The notes beneath the pieces were generated by a model, which did not search any database, was not told the DNA's origin, and saw only the letters and a program-made list of their open reading frames with translations. This document shows, piece after piece, positions 1-12,542 of a stretch of 24,329 nucleotides of DNA (the stretch's first letter is position 1; each line of letters starts with the position of its first letter). The translations under genes were made by a program, and so were the position numbers. Where the stretch lies: NCBI RefSeq assembly GCF_006345805.1, contig NW_021836384.1:1-24329 (forward strand), read 5' to 3'. The DNA is from Octopus sinensis. Its lineage: Eukaryota.

Positions 1-23
1 TTGTTATTATTATTATTATTATT
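1..23. repeat. (TTA)n microsatellite at the window edge
   Basis: ttgttattattattattattatt read directly. Confidence 0.9.
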
Positions 24-910
24 AGAAGTAAGACTTGTGTATTTTGAAAGATTGCAAAGAAAAGCACTATACAAGAAATTGAAAATAATAAATCTGAAAA
101 TAGGTGGGTAAAGAAAAGAATGCATGGTCAGTTTCTTAGGGATGTTGAAGATAAGACAGACAGAGAAAATAGATGGCTGTGAATGACTAAAAGTGATTTA
201 AAACCTGAAACGGAGGCTCTAATCTGTGCTGCCCAAGAGCAAGCACTAAGAACAAACTACATAAAATACAGAATAGACAGCACAGCAGAAAGTGATAAGT
301 GCAGAATCTGTGGACAAAATGGTGAAACCGTATGGCATATTACTAGCCAATGTACACCGCTAGCCCAGAAGGAATATAAGAGTTGCCACGACAATATAGC
401 CAGGCTTGTCCATTGGACACTTTGCCACAAGTATGGACTTGACAGAGCAAAAAATTGGTGCGACCACAAACCTGAAGGCATCGTCGAAATTGAAATGCAA
501 AGATTCTATCGGATTTTATGATTCAGTGTAACCATGAGATGAGATAGAGAATAGGAAGCCGGACATAGTTTAATTGAGAAAGAAAACAAACTATGCTGGA
601 TCAAAGACATAGCATGCTCAGCTGAGAACAAGGTATGCGATAAAGAAGAAAAGTCGAGAGATATGACAAGTTAGCGTGGGAAGTTGAGCAGTTATGATCA
701 AGGAAAAGGGTAGCAGTTGTACCAATAATTGTCGGAGCCCTGGGAACAGTGAGCATAAATCTTGAGAAGTACGTGGAACAAATAGGGGCTGCAATATGGG
801 TGGGGCACTTGCAGAAAACAGAACTGCTTCGAACCACCCGAATACTCCGGAAGGTGCTCGAAAAATAAGAGGTGTTACCTTAGCCTACTGGTAGTGAACT
901 GCTGACACCG
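24..910 (+). mobile_element. 5'-truncated, decayed non-LTR retrotransposon with restriction-like endonuclease (R4/Dong-like), ORF C-terminus plus short 3' UTR
   Basis: Translation across stops and frameshifts gives W..KRMHGQF..WL*MTKSDLKPETEALICAAQEQALRTN, CCHC knuckle CRICGQNGETVWHITSQC, CHDNIA (RHD-like), RKPDIV..CWIKDIAC (PD-D/ExK-type nuclease) and VPIIVGALGTV...RILRKVLEK* (stop 866-868). Confidence 0.9.
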
Positions 911-945
911 TATATCTATATAAATATAAATATATGTATAAATAC

Positions 946-1137
946 GTCTTTGTGTTTGTCCCCCAACACCGATTGACAACTAATGGTGGTGTGTTTACGT
1001 CCCATTTCGGCAATGCAGATTGATAGATTAAGTAACAAGCTTAAAAAAATAGTTACTGGGGTCGATTTATCCAACTAAAAATTATTCAGGGTGGTGCCCC
1101 AGAATGTCCGGAATCTTATGACAGAAGACAGTTAAAG
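946..1137 (+). mobile_element. Decayed 3' half of SINE family A
   Basis: tgtgtttgtcccc..ttgacaac..ggtgtgtttacgtccc..ggggtcgattt..ggtggtgcccc aligns by eye with the reverse complement of 10023-10437 and with 7346-7520. Confidence 0.75.
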
Positions 1138-1629
1138 ACACACACACACACACACACACTCACTCACAGGCATATACCTCTCCGTTTATTCTGCCTGAGT
1201 TTAATCTACATTTGAGCGTATGTGTGTGATTGTGTAATACAAATACTATATATGTAACCATATATATGTAACCAGCACTGAGAAAACCACAATTAAAAGC
1301 GAAAATGTTGAAACACATGCACATGATGTATAACAGCAAAAGATTGCCATTTGCTCTGCTATCAAAACGAAAATGCAATCTTTTACCACGACTACATTAA
1401 GTAAAACTTGTCATAATTCCTTCTCACATAAAACTGCTGTCATAATGCTTTTCGTTGTACATTTAGAGAGCTTGCAACTTAAATTTCCATAAATATTGTT
1501 TGCTTATATTGAATGATGTATCAAATTCAATTGATGTAAAGAAGCAAAGAAGCTGTATGGGAATAAAGAAAGGGAAAAAGGAAACAAGGTAATATACGCG
1601 AGAGCTCATGGAACACAGCGGAAAAGAAT

Positions 1630-3210
<1,581 letters not shown>

Positions 3211-3923
3211 AAACAATGCCATTCGAATGAAATTCTAAAAAAGATGTATATATGGAATAAGATTGATCACTTTCTTATATTAACTTTCGTCTGAAAAAAT
3301 AGAGACCTGTTCTATGAATCATATTCAAAATGTTTTTGTCTATTTTGCGGTTTTGATATTGGAATTCAATCTGCCATTGAATAAATATTAAAAATATTTT
3401 GGACATACTGTTTTGGATTTGGATTAGCAAATTTTTCAATTCAGATGGTATTGAATGTCGATCTTGGATCCGTATTTTGCCAAAGAATATTATTTCACTA
3501 TAATAATCTTCGGTTCAGTTCTAGAAAAAAAATCGAACGATAATTTTAATTTGACATTCTTCTGTATAATTACAATTTTTCCATTGTAACTATTGTTTGC
3601 ATATCCAGACAATGTGACTCTGAATAAACAATAATATGTCACACTGGCCCTCAGCTCTGGGTGCACAGTTTCTAATAGCCAAAACAGCTGAACGCGATAG
3701 AAAGTGTTTATATAACTCTTGTTCATTTGTCATTCATTTGATAATATTTCGCTATGTACGGATCTATTGATTCATATAAATCTGGAAAGTGAAGGATATC
3801 TAATGATTAATGCCTCCTTGGCGCCAGAACTTATCACCGGAACTTACTAATACTGTTAAGTGTAAGAAGCCTACGAAATTCTATGTTGCATGGAACCGAA
3901 CTAAACTGTTTTAAATACTAATG

Positions 3924-4337
3924 TATGAGGGTCAGCTGTAAATTTCATAAGCTGGTCAAAAGTCCATAAGCTGATGGATTGGTCACTAAATGAGGTTTAT
4001 TTTTTTACTATAATCCTCCTTGCGGTCCAAACAGTTTTTCTATTTGTGTTGCAGTACTTGAATCAACAGACAACTTAGATATGTTTCGATCAAAGATTGG
4101 TCCAGGCCATGTGTAACTTAATAGCACCACCTTATGATCACGTCATCATCTCTGCAATACTAGTTCTCAGCCAAGTATTTATTCATGTTGAGAAACAAAT
4201 GATAGTCAGATGGAATCGAATTAGAGGAGTAGGTTGATCAACCATTTCAAAGCCACAGTCACGCACAGCAGCCGTTAAGACCAAGCTTGTGTGCTGAAGC
4301 ATTATCTTGATGAAACAAGACAACTTTCGCCAGCTTT
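3924..4337 (-). mobile_element. Mariner (Tc1/mariner) transposase C-terminal relic with terminal sequence
   Basis: Minus-strand translation with frameshifts: VLFHQDNASAHK..AAVRDCGFEMVDQP..YSSNSIPSDYHLF (decayed YSPDLAPSDYHLF)..IQVLQHK*KNCLDRKEDY; ends at a TA followed by tgagggtcagctg (3924 onward), like a mariner TIR. Confidence 0.85.
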
Positions 4338-4971
4338 GTCATACATCAACAAAAATGTCTTCGACAATAGGCTTCGGCGTTTGGTGCGAATTTCTGGTCT
4401 CATTTGTTGGTCAGCAAAGCACTGTATCTTGTCCTCTTGATCGTACACCTCTTTTCCAAGTAGTTTTCCCGTATAGGTCCTTTTGATTCCCCTAAATTTT
4501 AAACTTCTCGATCCACTCATACACACTTTCATTCAATCAAGTTATCCTTGGCCCGAAGATTTGCTTGCGGTATACACCTCGCCTGGATATTTACCACTTC
4601 TGAGGTTCCGCTCGCTATGAAACATATGTAGCCCGGATCTTATCAACTCAATTCCTATATGTATATATAAATATAAAAAACTATGTGTCCCCGTATTGTG
4701 CTAAATGCCTTCGATGAATTTCAGCACCTGACACACATTACGACCAGAGAAAATCGGATCATTACTCTTTGTTCTTCTTTGGTGCCCCTTGCTATTGGAG
4801 CAGCTATGCTTACTTTGAGAAATCAGAAAAAAAAATGGCACGATCAGCCTTAAACTTCGATCACCTGACCACAATAGTACCAACTATAAGCACGCATTCT
4901 CAGACTGCCGTGTGACAATAATAGGGATATATTATGGCGAAAGTGCCCATAATTTTTGAATTCCACTAGTA
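4338..4971 (-). mobile_element. Second mariner relic: N-terminal HTH region and part of the catalytic domain, internally deleted
   Basis: Minus strand: AAPIAKGTKEEQRVMIRF/LWS*CVSGAEIHRRHLAQYGD (about 4685-4806), ESVYEWIEKFK (about 4498-4530), KGPIRENYLEKRCTIKRTRYSALLTNK/MRPEIRTKRRSLLSKTFLLMYDKA (about 4335-4483); TIR-like end tactagtggaattcaaaaattatgggcac at TA 4970-4971. Confidence 0.8.
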
Positions 4972-4981
4972 TATATATATA

Positions 4982-5225
4982 AAAGGGTAAAGACCCCCTT
5001 CGGTCATGAATGACCATGGGATTGCACCTAGAAAGTTACCCTCCTAGACACAGGGCAAGGTTGTTTATGGAAGACCAGCAGTCGCCCATGCGTACCAGCC
5101 TCCCCTCTCCACGCCACCAGTGTTATCCAAGGGAAAGACAAAGGCCGATACAGCTTGGCACCTGTGACGTCGCAACTCATTTCTACAGTTGAGTGAACTG
5201 GAGCAACGTGAAATAAAGTGCCTTG
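4982..5225 (-). mobile_element. Headless SINE copy (family B central domain with a distinct 3' tail)
   Basis: gagtgaactggagcaacgtgaaataaagtgccttg is shared with 21480-21520, 8101-8130 and (reverse complement) 7285-7320; short repeated tail tttacccttt on the minus strand. Confidence 0.7.
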
Positions 5226-5404
5226 GTACTTAAGTTAAATGAAATAAGTATAAAAATGTACATTGTCCATATAATTAAAAAAATTCTATATGTGGCCGAA
5301 AATTGCTTTACATTTTAAAACTGATGTAATGCTTACATTGTTTAATACAATGAAGTAGCATGAAACGATTGTACTACACTACCTTGGATATCCTTGTGCA
5401 TATT

Positions 5405-5439
5405 TTGTGTAATATATATTATTATATAATATATATTAT

Positions 5440-5473
<34 letters not shown>

Positions 5474-5555
5474 GCGTGTGTGTGTTGTGTGTGTGTGTGT
5501 GTGTATGTGTGCGCATTTGTGTGTTTGTGTATCTTGAGCGTATGTTTGCGTGTGT
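5405..5555. repeat. (TA)n/(TG)n microsatellite
   Basis: Direct reading. Confidence 0.9.
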
Positions 5556-6050
5556 ACAAACACTAAAATGCATTCAAAGGCTAGAATAAAGACCGAAAGA
5601 AGGTGGGAACGAGCTGAGAGAGCGAAAAGGCTACCAGAAAAGTGAAGGAGAAAGACAGCTAGAGAGACTTAAGAAGCAAGAACTAGATGTATTATAATAC
5701 AGAGAAAAGTAATTAGCAAATTAAACATAATAAAACATCTCCTTCGATGGAGTAATCGTAATTAAGGGGACAATGCTACATCTGTATAAAAAGGGTGTGT
5801 GGTGAAAATTGAACTCTCATCGTCTGTGCACTTACCATCAAATTAAATTTTTGTTTTGCGAACGAAGCTTTTCATTGTTAATAAAATCATTAGCAAAACC
5901 TATTCGAGACGATGTAACAATTATACAAACAACAACTACTACAACAACAACAACATCAACGGGAAAATCACTCACGCCATCATAAGCAGAGTCGGAATCA
6001 GCACGAGTATCAAGCAACACCGGCAACTACAACGAAAACAACAACGCAAT

Positions 6051-6070
6051 GAATAATAATAATAATAACA

Positions 6071-6130
<60 letters not shown>

Positions 6131-6146
6131 TAATAATAATAATAAA
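6051..6146. repeat. (TAA)n microsatellite, preceded by CAA-rich low-complexity sequence (5925-6050)
   Basis: Direct reading. Confidence 0.95.
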
Positions 6147-6691
6147 ATATAAATCGACATTCTAATTAGAAAAATGGGCCACCTCCAATATATGTAATTA
6201 TCGACTTTTGAACTTTGCTTGTTCTTCGTGGCGTGCCCTTTTCTGCCTTGCAGATATATGGTAAAGATTGGGAACCGAAAAATACTAAACATTGCTAATT
6301 ATATTAATTACTAGATTGATATAAATATAATTGTGCAGAATAAATTAGGAACAATAAATTTGAAAAAGAAATTACAAAAAAAAAACAAACAAAAGTAAAA
6401 GAAAATAGTATCATTTTAAAAATAATTATTAAAGTAATTATAATTACGTAATTATTTCAAAAAGAAAACAAAGCCAAAAAAAAAAAAATAAATCATAAAT
6501 ACACATATTTCGAAAAAGGTAGATTCTAGAAAACAGAATCGATTTTAGGTTTCATCTGTGAAAAGTTGAGAATAGTCATATATTTTGATCAGTCAAATGT
6601 ATTTTATTACTTTCTAATATATTTTCTGTTTCAAGATTTTCCATTCTTCGTCAGAGAACTTGTCTCTTGATGGGGTTTGTATCACATGAGT

Positions 6692-7073
6692 GTGGAGGCT
6701 CAATGGCCCAGTGGTTAGGAGAGCGGACTCGTGGTCGTAGGATCGCGGTTTCGATTTCCAGACCGACTGTTGTGAGTGTTTATTGTGCGAAAACACCTAA
6801 AGCTCCACGAGGTTCCGGCAGGTGGTGCTGGCGACCCCTGCTGTACTCTTTCACCACAACTTTCTCTCACTCTTTCTTCCTCTTTCTGTTGTACCTGTAT
6901 TTCAAAGGGCCAGTCTTGTCACATCCTGTCTCACGCTGAATCTCCTCGAGAACTAAATTAAGGGTATACGTGTCTGTAGATTGCTCAGCCACTTGCATGT
7001 TAATTTCACGAGCAGGCTGTTCCGTTGATCGGATCAACTGGAACCCACGTCGTCGAAACCGACGGAGTGCCAC
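6692..7073 (+). mobile_element. Full-length tRNA-derived SINE, family C
   Basis: A-box tggcccagtgg and B-box-like ggtttcgatttcc; full-length reverse-complement similarity to 8213-8589; decayed TSD atcacatgagt (6681-6691) / atcataagagt (7075-7085). Confidence 0.85.
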
Positions 7074-7203
7074 GATCATAAGAGTATTTCATAGGAATCT
7101 TATACCTGTATCATATTCACGAGTCATACATGGTGTACCTCTCCAGAACCACTCAACCACTATGAAAATTGAAATCACAACTCTTAACATTGCTACACAA
7201 CTG

Positions 7204-7522
7204 GTGAATGTGCCTGGTTTAGTAGTTGGGGGTATTCGGCTTTTAGTCGTCAATACGTTAGTTCAATTCCAGGCGACGCGTTTTGTCCTTGAGCAACACA
7301 CTTTATTTCGCGTTGTTCCAACTTGACAACCGATGCTGACAATCGCTTGACAACCGATGCTGGTGTGTTTACGTTCCCGTAGCTTAGCAGTTCGGCGAAA
7401 GAGACCCGATAGAATAAGTAGTAGGCTTACAAAGAATAAGTCCTGGGATCGATTTGTTCGATTAAAGGCGGTGCCCACTGTAAAATGACTGAAACAAGTA
7501 AAAGAGTAAACGAGTAAAAGAA
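7204..7522 (+). mobile_element. Chimeric SINE: family B head and central domain joined to a family A 3' half
   Basis: tggtttagtagtt..gttcaattcc..ccttgagcaacacactttatttcgcgttg, then cttgacaaccgatgctg (twice) ... aatgactgaaacaagtaaaagagtaaa tail. Confidence 0.75.
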
Positions 7523-7794
7523 AATGATATCGATGGGAAATGCAAAAAAAAAAATGAAAAGGAAACGTTTTCAAAATTGTCAATATTTTCGTAGTCCAAA
7601 AATTGCGATTTATGACATAAAATGCCCTCTAGAAATTATCCAGAGCTAATAATGACAAACTTTAATTACTAAATACTGTTAAACACACCTCTGCAAATGC
7701 AATGTACATAAGCAATTCATTTTAAATACAACGAACAACCGGCTGTGAGACCGTTTTTCGCAGATCTCCAAATGGAGATTATGGCAAGCAATGG

Positions 7795-7902
7795 GTTATG
7801 GGTACGTATGTCTGTGGAGTGCTCAGCCATTTTCACGTTAATTTTATGAGCAGGTTGCCCCGTTGATCGTATCAACTGGAACGGACGTCATCGCAACCGA
7901 CG
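7795..7902 (+). mobile_element. 3' fragment of SINE family C
   Basis: tgtctgtggagtgctcagcca..gttgatcgtatcaactggaac..aaccgacg aligns with 6960-7065. Confidence 0.8.
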
Positions 7903-8100
7903 TAAGACTGGTTACTTAGTAATAAAATCAATCTATCCGTGTCCGACAGGTTGACATAAAAGCTCGAGTAATTTCAAACGAGAAAAACCGAATGAACTCT
8001 TCCCTTAGATAAAATTTTTACTATGATGCAAAAAATGTTTTACACAAGACACAGGCATAACATGTGTGTGTGTGTGTGTGTGTGTACATGTGTGTGTGTG

Positions 8101-8199
8101 AAATAAAGTGTCTTTCTCAAAGAGACACAACGTGGCATCGGATATCGAACTCACGATCATGATTTTAATATCCTAACAACCAAGCAGCATGCTTTCACA
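8101..8199 (-). mobile_element. Decayed SINE family B head fragment
   Basis: aaataaagtgtctttctcaaagagacacaacg matches 21500-21530; B-box gagttcgatatcc on the minus strand. Confidence 0.55.
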
Positions 8200-8212
8200 G
8201 ATAAATTGTATC

Positions 8213-8589
8213 GTGGCACTCCGTCGGTTGCGACGACGAGCGTTCCAGTCGATTCAATCAACGGAACAGCCTGCTTGTGAAATTAACGTGCAAGTGGCTG
8301 AGCGCTCCACAGACACGTGTACCCTTAACGTAGTTCTCGGGGAGATTCAGCGTGACACAGAGTGTGACAAGGCTGGCCCTTTGAAATACATGTACAACAG
8401 AAACTGGAAGATAGAGTGAAAGTTGTGGTGAAAGAATAGAGCAGGGTTCGCCACCACCCCTGCCGGAGATTCGTGGAACTTTGGGTGTTTTCGCTCAATA
8501 AACACTCACATTGCCCGGTCTGGGAATCAAAAGCTCGATCCTACGACCGGGAGTCCGCTGCCCTAACCACTCGGCCATAGTGGCTCCAC
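8213..8589 (-). mobile_element. Full-length tRNA-derived SINE, family C, inverted relative to 6692-7073
   Basis: Minus-strand head gtggagccactatggccgagtggttagggcagcggactc; flanked by gataaattgtat (8200-8211) / gataaattatat (8590-8601), a probable TSD. Confidence 0.85.
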
Positions 8590-8609
8590 GATAAATTATA
8601 TAGTGTATC

Positions 8610-8810
8610 AAAAGGTCAGTAGTTCGGATTATGGGGGGGGGGTTAAGTCGATTACATCAACCCTAGAATTCGACAGGTAATTATTCTATCGACCTCCCCG
8701 AGAAGATGAAAGATGAAATTAACCTCGGCAGAATTTGACCTCAGAATGTAAAGACGGGACGAAATGTCGCTAAGCATTTTGTCTGGCATGCTAAGGATTT
8801 TCTGCCATCT
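8610..8810 (-). mobile_element. Decayed SINE, family D
   Basis: agtcgattacatc..ttattctatcga..acctcggcagaattt..gacgaaatgtcgctaagcatttt..tctgcca shared with 11906-12122. Confidence 0.75.
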
Positions 8811-9562
8811 TTTATTTTTGATCTTCTATATAAATGAAGGTATTTCCTCCATCTGGCTGCTTTTCTTTTCTCCAAAATGGGAAGTTACATTGCGGAGCTG
8901 TTATTTTAATGAGTTGTATATATTTATCAGCCGACGACATACATATGCTCCGCCGGATGCTCCTGAATCAGTTGTTGAGTGTTCCACCCATGAGGGATCG
9001 ATGCTAGATGTATCGAAACAATTGTCGTGATTAATAATAAATTCTCGTATATTCCATCTTCCGTCTTTCATTTCACGCACACACACACATACACACACAC
9101 ATATATATAGAAGTGTAAATACGCACACACACACACACACACACGTGTGTGTATAACTTTATACATACGTAATAGCACATTATTAATGTTGTCCAATTTC
9201 TTCATACATAACTCGAGTCTTGTTCCAGCGTATAATTTGGTCGGCATTTTGAGAAGATACCTTTATACGTAAAAGGCGCGTTGTGAGTGAGTGTATGTAA
9301 CAGTTCTTATGCATGTATGCATGTACTATATACGTATATGCGTGGACTTGGTGGCTGTTTGAGTGTACGTCTATACATGGATGTATAAGGAATAATGATT
9401 TCCAATGATTTCCTTAATGTTATTAATGAATGTCTAATACCGTGTTGGCTCCAAGCCAAAGTTTATCTGATCAGTTTGACGATGAAATCACCGTTATCAT
9501 TGATATAGCTTCGCCGATTCCTCTCATACCAAACTTTTATTTCCCTAGTCATCCATAGGTGC

Positions 9563-9603
<41 letters not shown>

Positions 9604-9673
9604 GTGTGTGTGTGTGTGTGTGTGTGGTGTGTAAGTGTGTTCATTTAACTACGTATTTGCCATGTATGCAAGC

Positions 9674-9711
<38 letters not shown>

Positions 9712-9751
9712 CAAGCTAGCTATATAGATAGAGAGAGAGAGACAGGGAGAT

Positions 9752-9782
<31 letters not shown>

Positions 9783-10000
9783 CGGGAGGGAGAGAAAGAG
9801 AGAAGAGGGAGAGAGAAGTTGCTTTTTCTCAGTGTGTCCGTATATGCGCTTGTTTTGCGCTTCTGAATACGTATTTGCAATATAACGATATAATAATATC
9901 ATTACATTGAAAATTATGTAATGATAATAATGACGATGACGACGACGACAATGAAAGTGATGATAATGATGATGATGACAACAACAACAGCAATAATAAT
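9563..10000. repeat. Compound microsatellites (TA)n, (TG)n, (GA)n, (GAT/GAC/CAA/TAA)n
   Basis: Direct reading. Confidence 0.9.
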
Positions 10001-10022
10001 AAACCTTTCTATCAAATATATA

Positions 10023-10437
10023 TTTTTCTCTTTCTCTTTTACTTGTTTCAGTCATTTGACTGCGGCCATGCTGGAGCACCGCCTTTTAGTCGAGCAAATC
10101 GACCCCGGGACGTATTCTTTGTAAGCCCAGTACTTATTCTATCGGTCTCTTTTGCCGAACCGCTAAGTGACGGGGACGTAAACACACCAGCATCGGTTGT
10201 CAAACAATGCTAGGGGGACAAACACCGACACACAAACACACACACGCATATATATATACATATACATACATATATACGACGGGCTTCTTTCAGTTTCCGT
10301 CTACCAAATCCACTCACAAGGCTTTGGTTGACCTGGGGCTTATAGTAGAAGACACTTGCCCAAAGTGCCACGCAGTGGGACTGAGCCCGGAACCATGTGG
10401 TTGGTTAGCAAGCTACTTACCACACAGCCACTCCTGC
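10023..10437 (-). mobile_element. Near full-length, well-preserved tRNA-derived SINE, family A, with internal TA/TG microsatellite
   Basis: Minus strand gcaggagtggctgtgtggtaagtagcttgctaacc (A-box), gggctcagtccc (B-box-like), tttgggcaagtgtctt (resembles the start of the CORE domain), tail aatgactgaaacaagtaaaagagaaagag. Confidence 0.9.
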
Positions 10438-11233
10438 ATATATCTATATATATTATATATATATATATATGTGTGTATGTGTGTGTTGTGTGTGTGTGTG
10501 TGTGTGTGTGCGTACATGTGTGTGTGTTTGCGTGCGTGTGTGTGTGCAAACACGCTATCTTTAAGATAGTATGTACATAGTAACATTACATTGATATCAA
10601 TTTATCATTTTCGAGAGAGTCGACGTATTAACATATCGCATGGCGAGAACTCGCCAGCTCTCGTCGTCCTCGCAGCAGAAACCGTTCTAAGTCACAGTCG
10701 TCTAGTTCTGCTCCAACGGTTTCCAATCTCTGCTGGTACCATGCCAGATTTAAGGACAAAACCCGTCGATGTATCCAGCCCTGTTCGTTCAAGTTGTCGG
10801 GAAACTAGTCGCGGGAGATTTGGGCACGTTAATTTCTTCCCAGTAATTTTTCATCGCATTGTGCATTCTTTGTTAAGGATCGGGTGTCTAGCGAATCGTT
10901 CATGGTTGACACTGGATCCAGCTGTTCTGCTTGGCTTTTGAGTCTTACTTCAGACAAGCCGAGCAATCTAGAGTGTATATGTGTAAGTATCCATAAGGTA
11001 TGCATAGAAAAAACGCTTACAAGGCATGCAATATGAAGTATAGTCGAGCGAGAATTGCGGAATACCTAAAATACAGCTATGAAATGCAATTATGTTAAAG
11101 GACGTGCATTTAAAGGGTAATGAAAAATTACTGCATAAATTGTGCCAATAAACTTTAATACACACACACTTACACACACTCTCTCTCACACACACACACA
11201 TATGTATGTATACATATATAAATATATAAAAAT

Positions 11234-11656
11234 GGAACAAAAACGCAATAGAGGATAATAAAACTTTCGGATAGACGATACAAAGGCGGACAGGAGAAAC
11301 AATTAGAAGGACAGGGAAGAAAAGGACGGTTTATTCGTGGCCTGATTTCTTCAGTCAAGTAACCAGACGTCATTACCGTTTCGGGTAGTTACATTTGAGA
11401 CAGTTCGATCTGGTTGCCCCCAAAAAAGTCTAAGCTAAGAGCATTAGATTTTTTGTAAGAAAGCTAGCGAATGCGTACGGCAACAGGGACAAAAAACGTT
11501 GTTTGTCCCTGTTGCCCGAAACGGTTACTAAATAAAGAAGGCCACGAATGACCCGTCTATTTTCCCCCCTGTACTTCTAATTGTTGTTTCTCCTGTCCGC
11601 CTTTGTATCGTCTAAATGTCCGAATATTTTATTGTCCTCTATTGCGTTTTTGTTCC
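11234..11656. repeat. Long imperfect inverted repeat (arms about 11234-11343 and 11539-11656) with an internal 38-nt palindrome; probable Penelope-like element terminus
   Basis: 31-nt perfect reverse-complement match 11272-11302 / 11584-11614; 22-nt match 11234-11255 / 11635-11656; palindrome ggcaacagggacaaa-aaacgttg-tttgtccctgttgcc at 11479-11516. The Penelope assignment is inference. Confidence 0.85.
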
Positions 11657-11738
11657 TTTGTATGTTTATATATACATATAGCGGCGTACGCACACACTTG
11701 TGCTCACCTTATGTATACATACATACATAGAAACATAC

Positions 11739-11773
<35 letters not shown>

Positions 11774-11905
11774 TATGATGTATTTTTAATAAGTTAGTAT
11801 TCGTTACTATACACGATGTCATCGTAAATACCGTTCTCCGATGAAAAGCATACAACAGTGAAATATATAAAATTTAAAGAAGATTGTTGTAAGATAAAAT
11901 ATTCT

Positions 11906-12122
11906 TTTCTACAAATGGCAAAAATCCTGAAATTTCGGGTCGGCCTGTTAGTCGGTTACATCGCCCGCCACCCCGAATGCTCAAATGGAACTTATTCTAT
12001 CGATCCCGAAAGGATAAAAAACAAAGTAGACCTCGGCGAAATTTCTACTTGGAACGTTTAGACGGACGAAATTCTGCTAAGAATTTTTCCCGGCGTACTA
12101 ACGATTCTGCCAGTTCGCCGCC
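11906..12122 (-). mobile_element. Decayed SINE, family D
   Basis: Minus-strand head ggcggcgaactggcagaatcgttagtacgccggg; similar to 8610-8810. Confidence 0.75.
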
Positions 12123-12503
12123 GTTCTACGATAAAATATTTCAAAACAGTTGTTAACAGAACGTGCATTTAATATCTTTAAAAAATGATAAATAAATGAG
12201 GAATATTGGCTGTAAAAGGACAGTAAAGTAAACTTTGGAATGGCTTATATCACACAAGAATGGCAAATGAAGTTGTAGCGATATTCGAACATGGAATACT
12301 CGCCAAATAGCAATTCAATGAGAGATGTCTTGAATTCGCTCGTGCGCATAACCTGTAGCCAGGTCATGAATACTTTATTCGGCCGGGGACAGTATGAAAT
12401 AGTTTACTTTATATCATTGCAAATACGCTTTTGGAGGTCTGTAATAAACATGTTTTTTAAAAATAATATCAAAGATATGTGTGTGTATGTGTGTGTATCT
12501 ATA

Positions 12504-12541
12504 GGTGCGGGAGTAGCTGTAGGGTAAGTAGCTTGCTTACC
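12504..12541 (+). mobile_element. 5' head of a family A SINE, interrupted
   Basis: ggtgcgggagtagctgtagggtaagtagcttgcttacc matches the head of the 10023-10437 copy and then stops abruptly. Confidence 0.8.
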
Positions 12542-12542
12542 T

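Noticed and set aside
3480-3800. Minus-strand frame vaguely like an L1/Tx1 ORF2 C-terminus (..ILLFIQSHIVWICKQ*)
   Set aside because: No diagnostic motif; needs a profile search
6692-6770. tRNA-like sequences with A and B boxes (also near 10370-10437 and 21540-21609)
   Set aside because: They continue into SINE bodies and lack a clean cloverleaf; SINE heads, not tRNA genes
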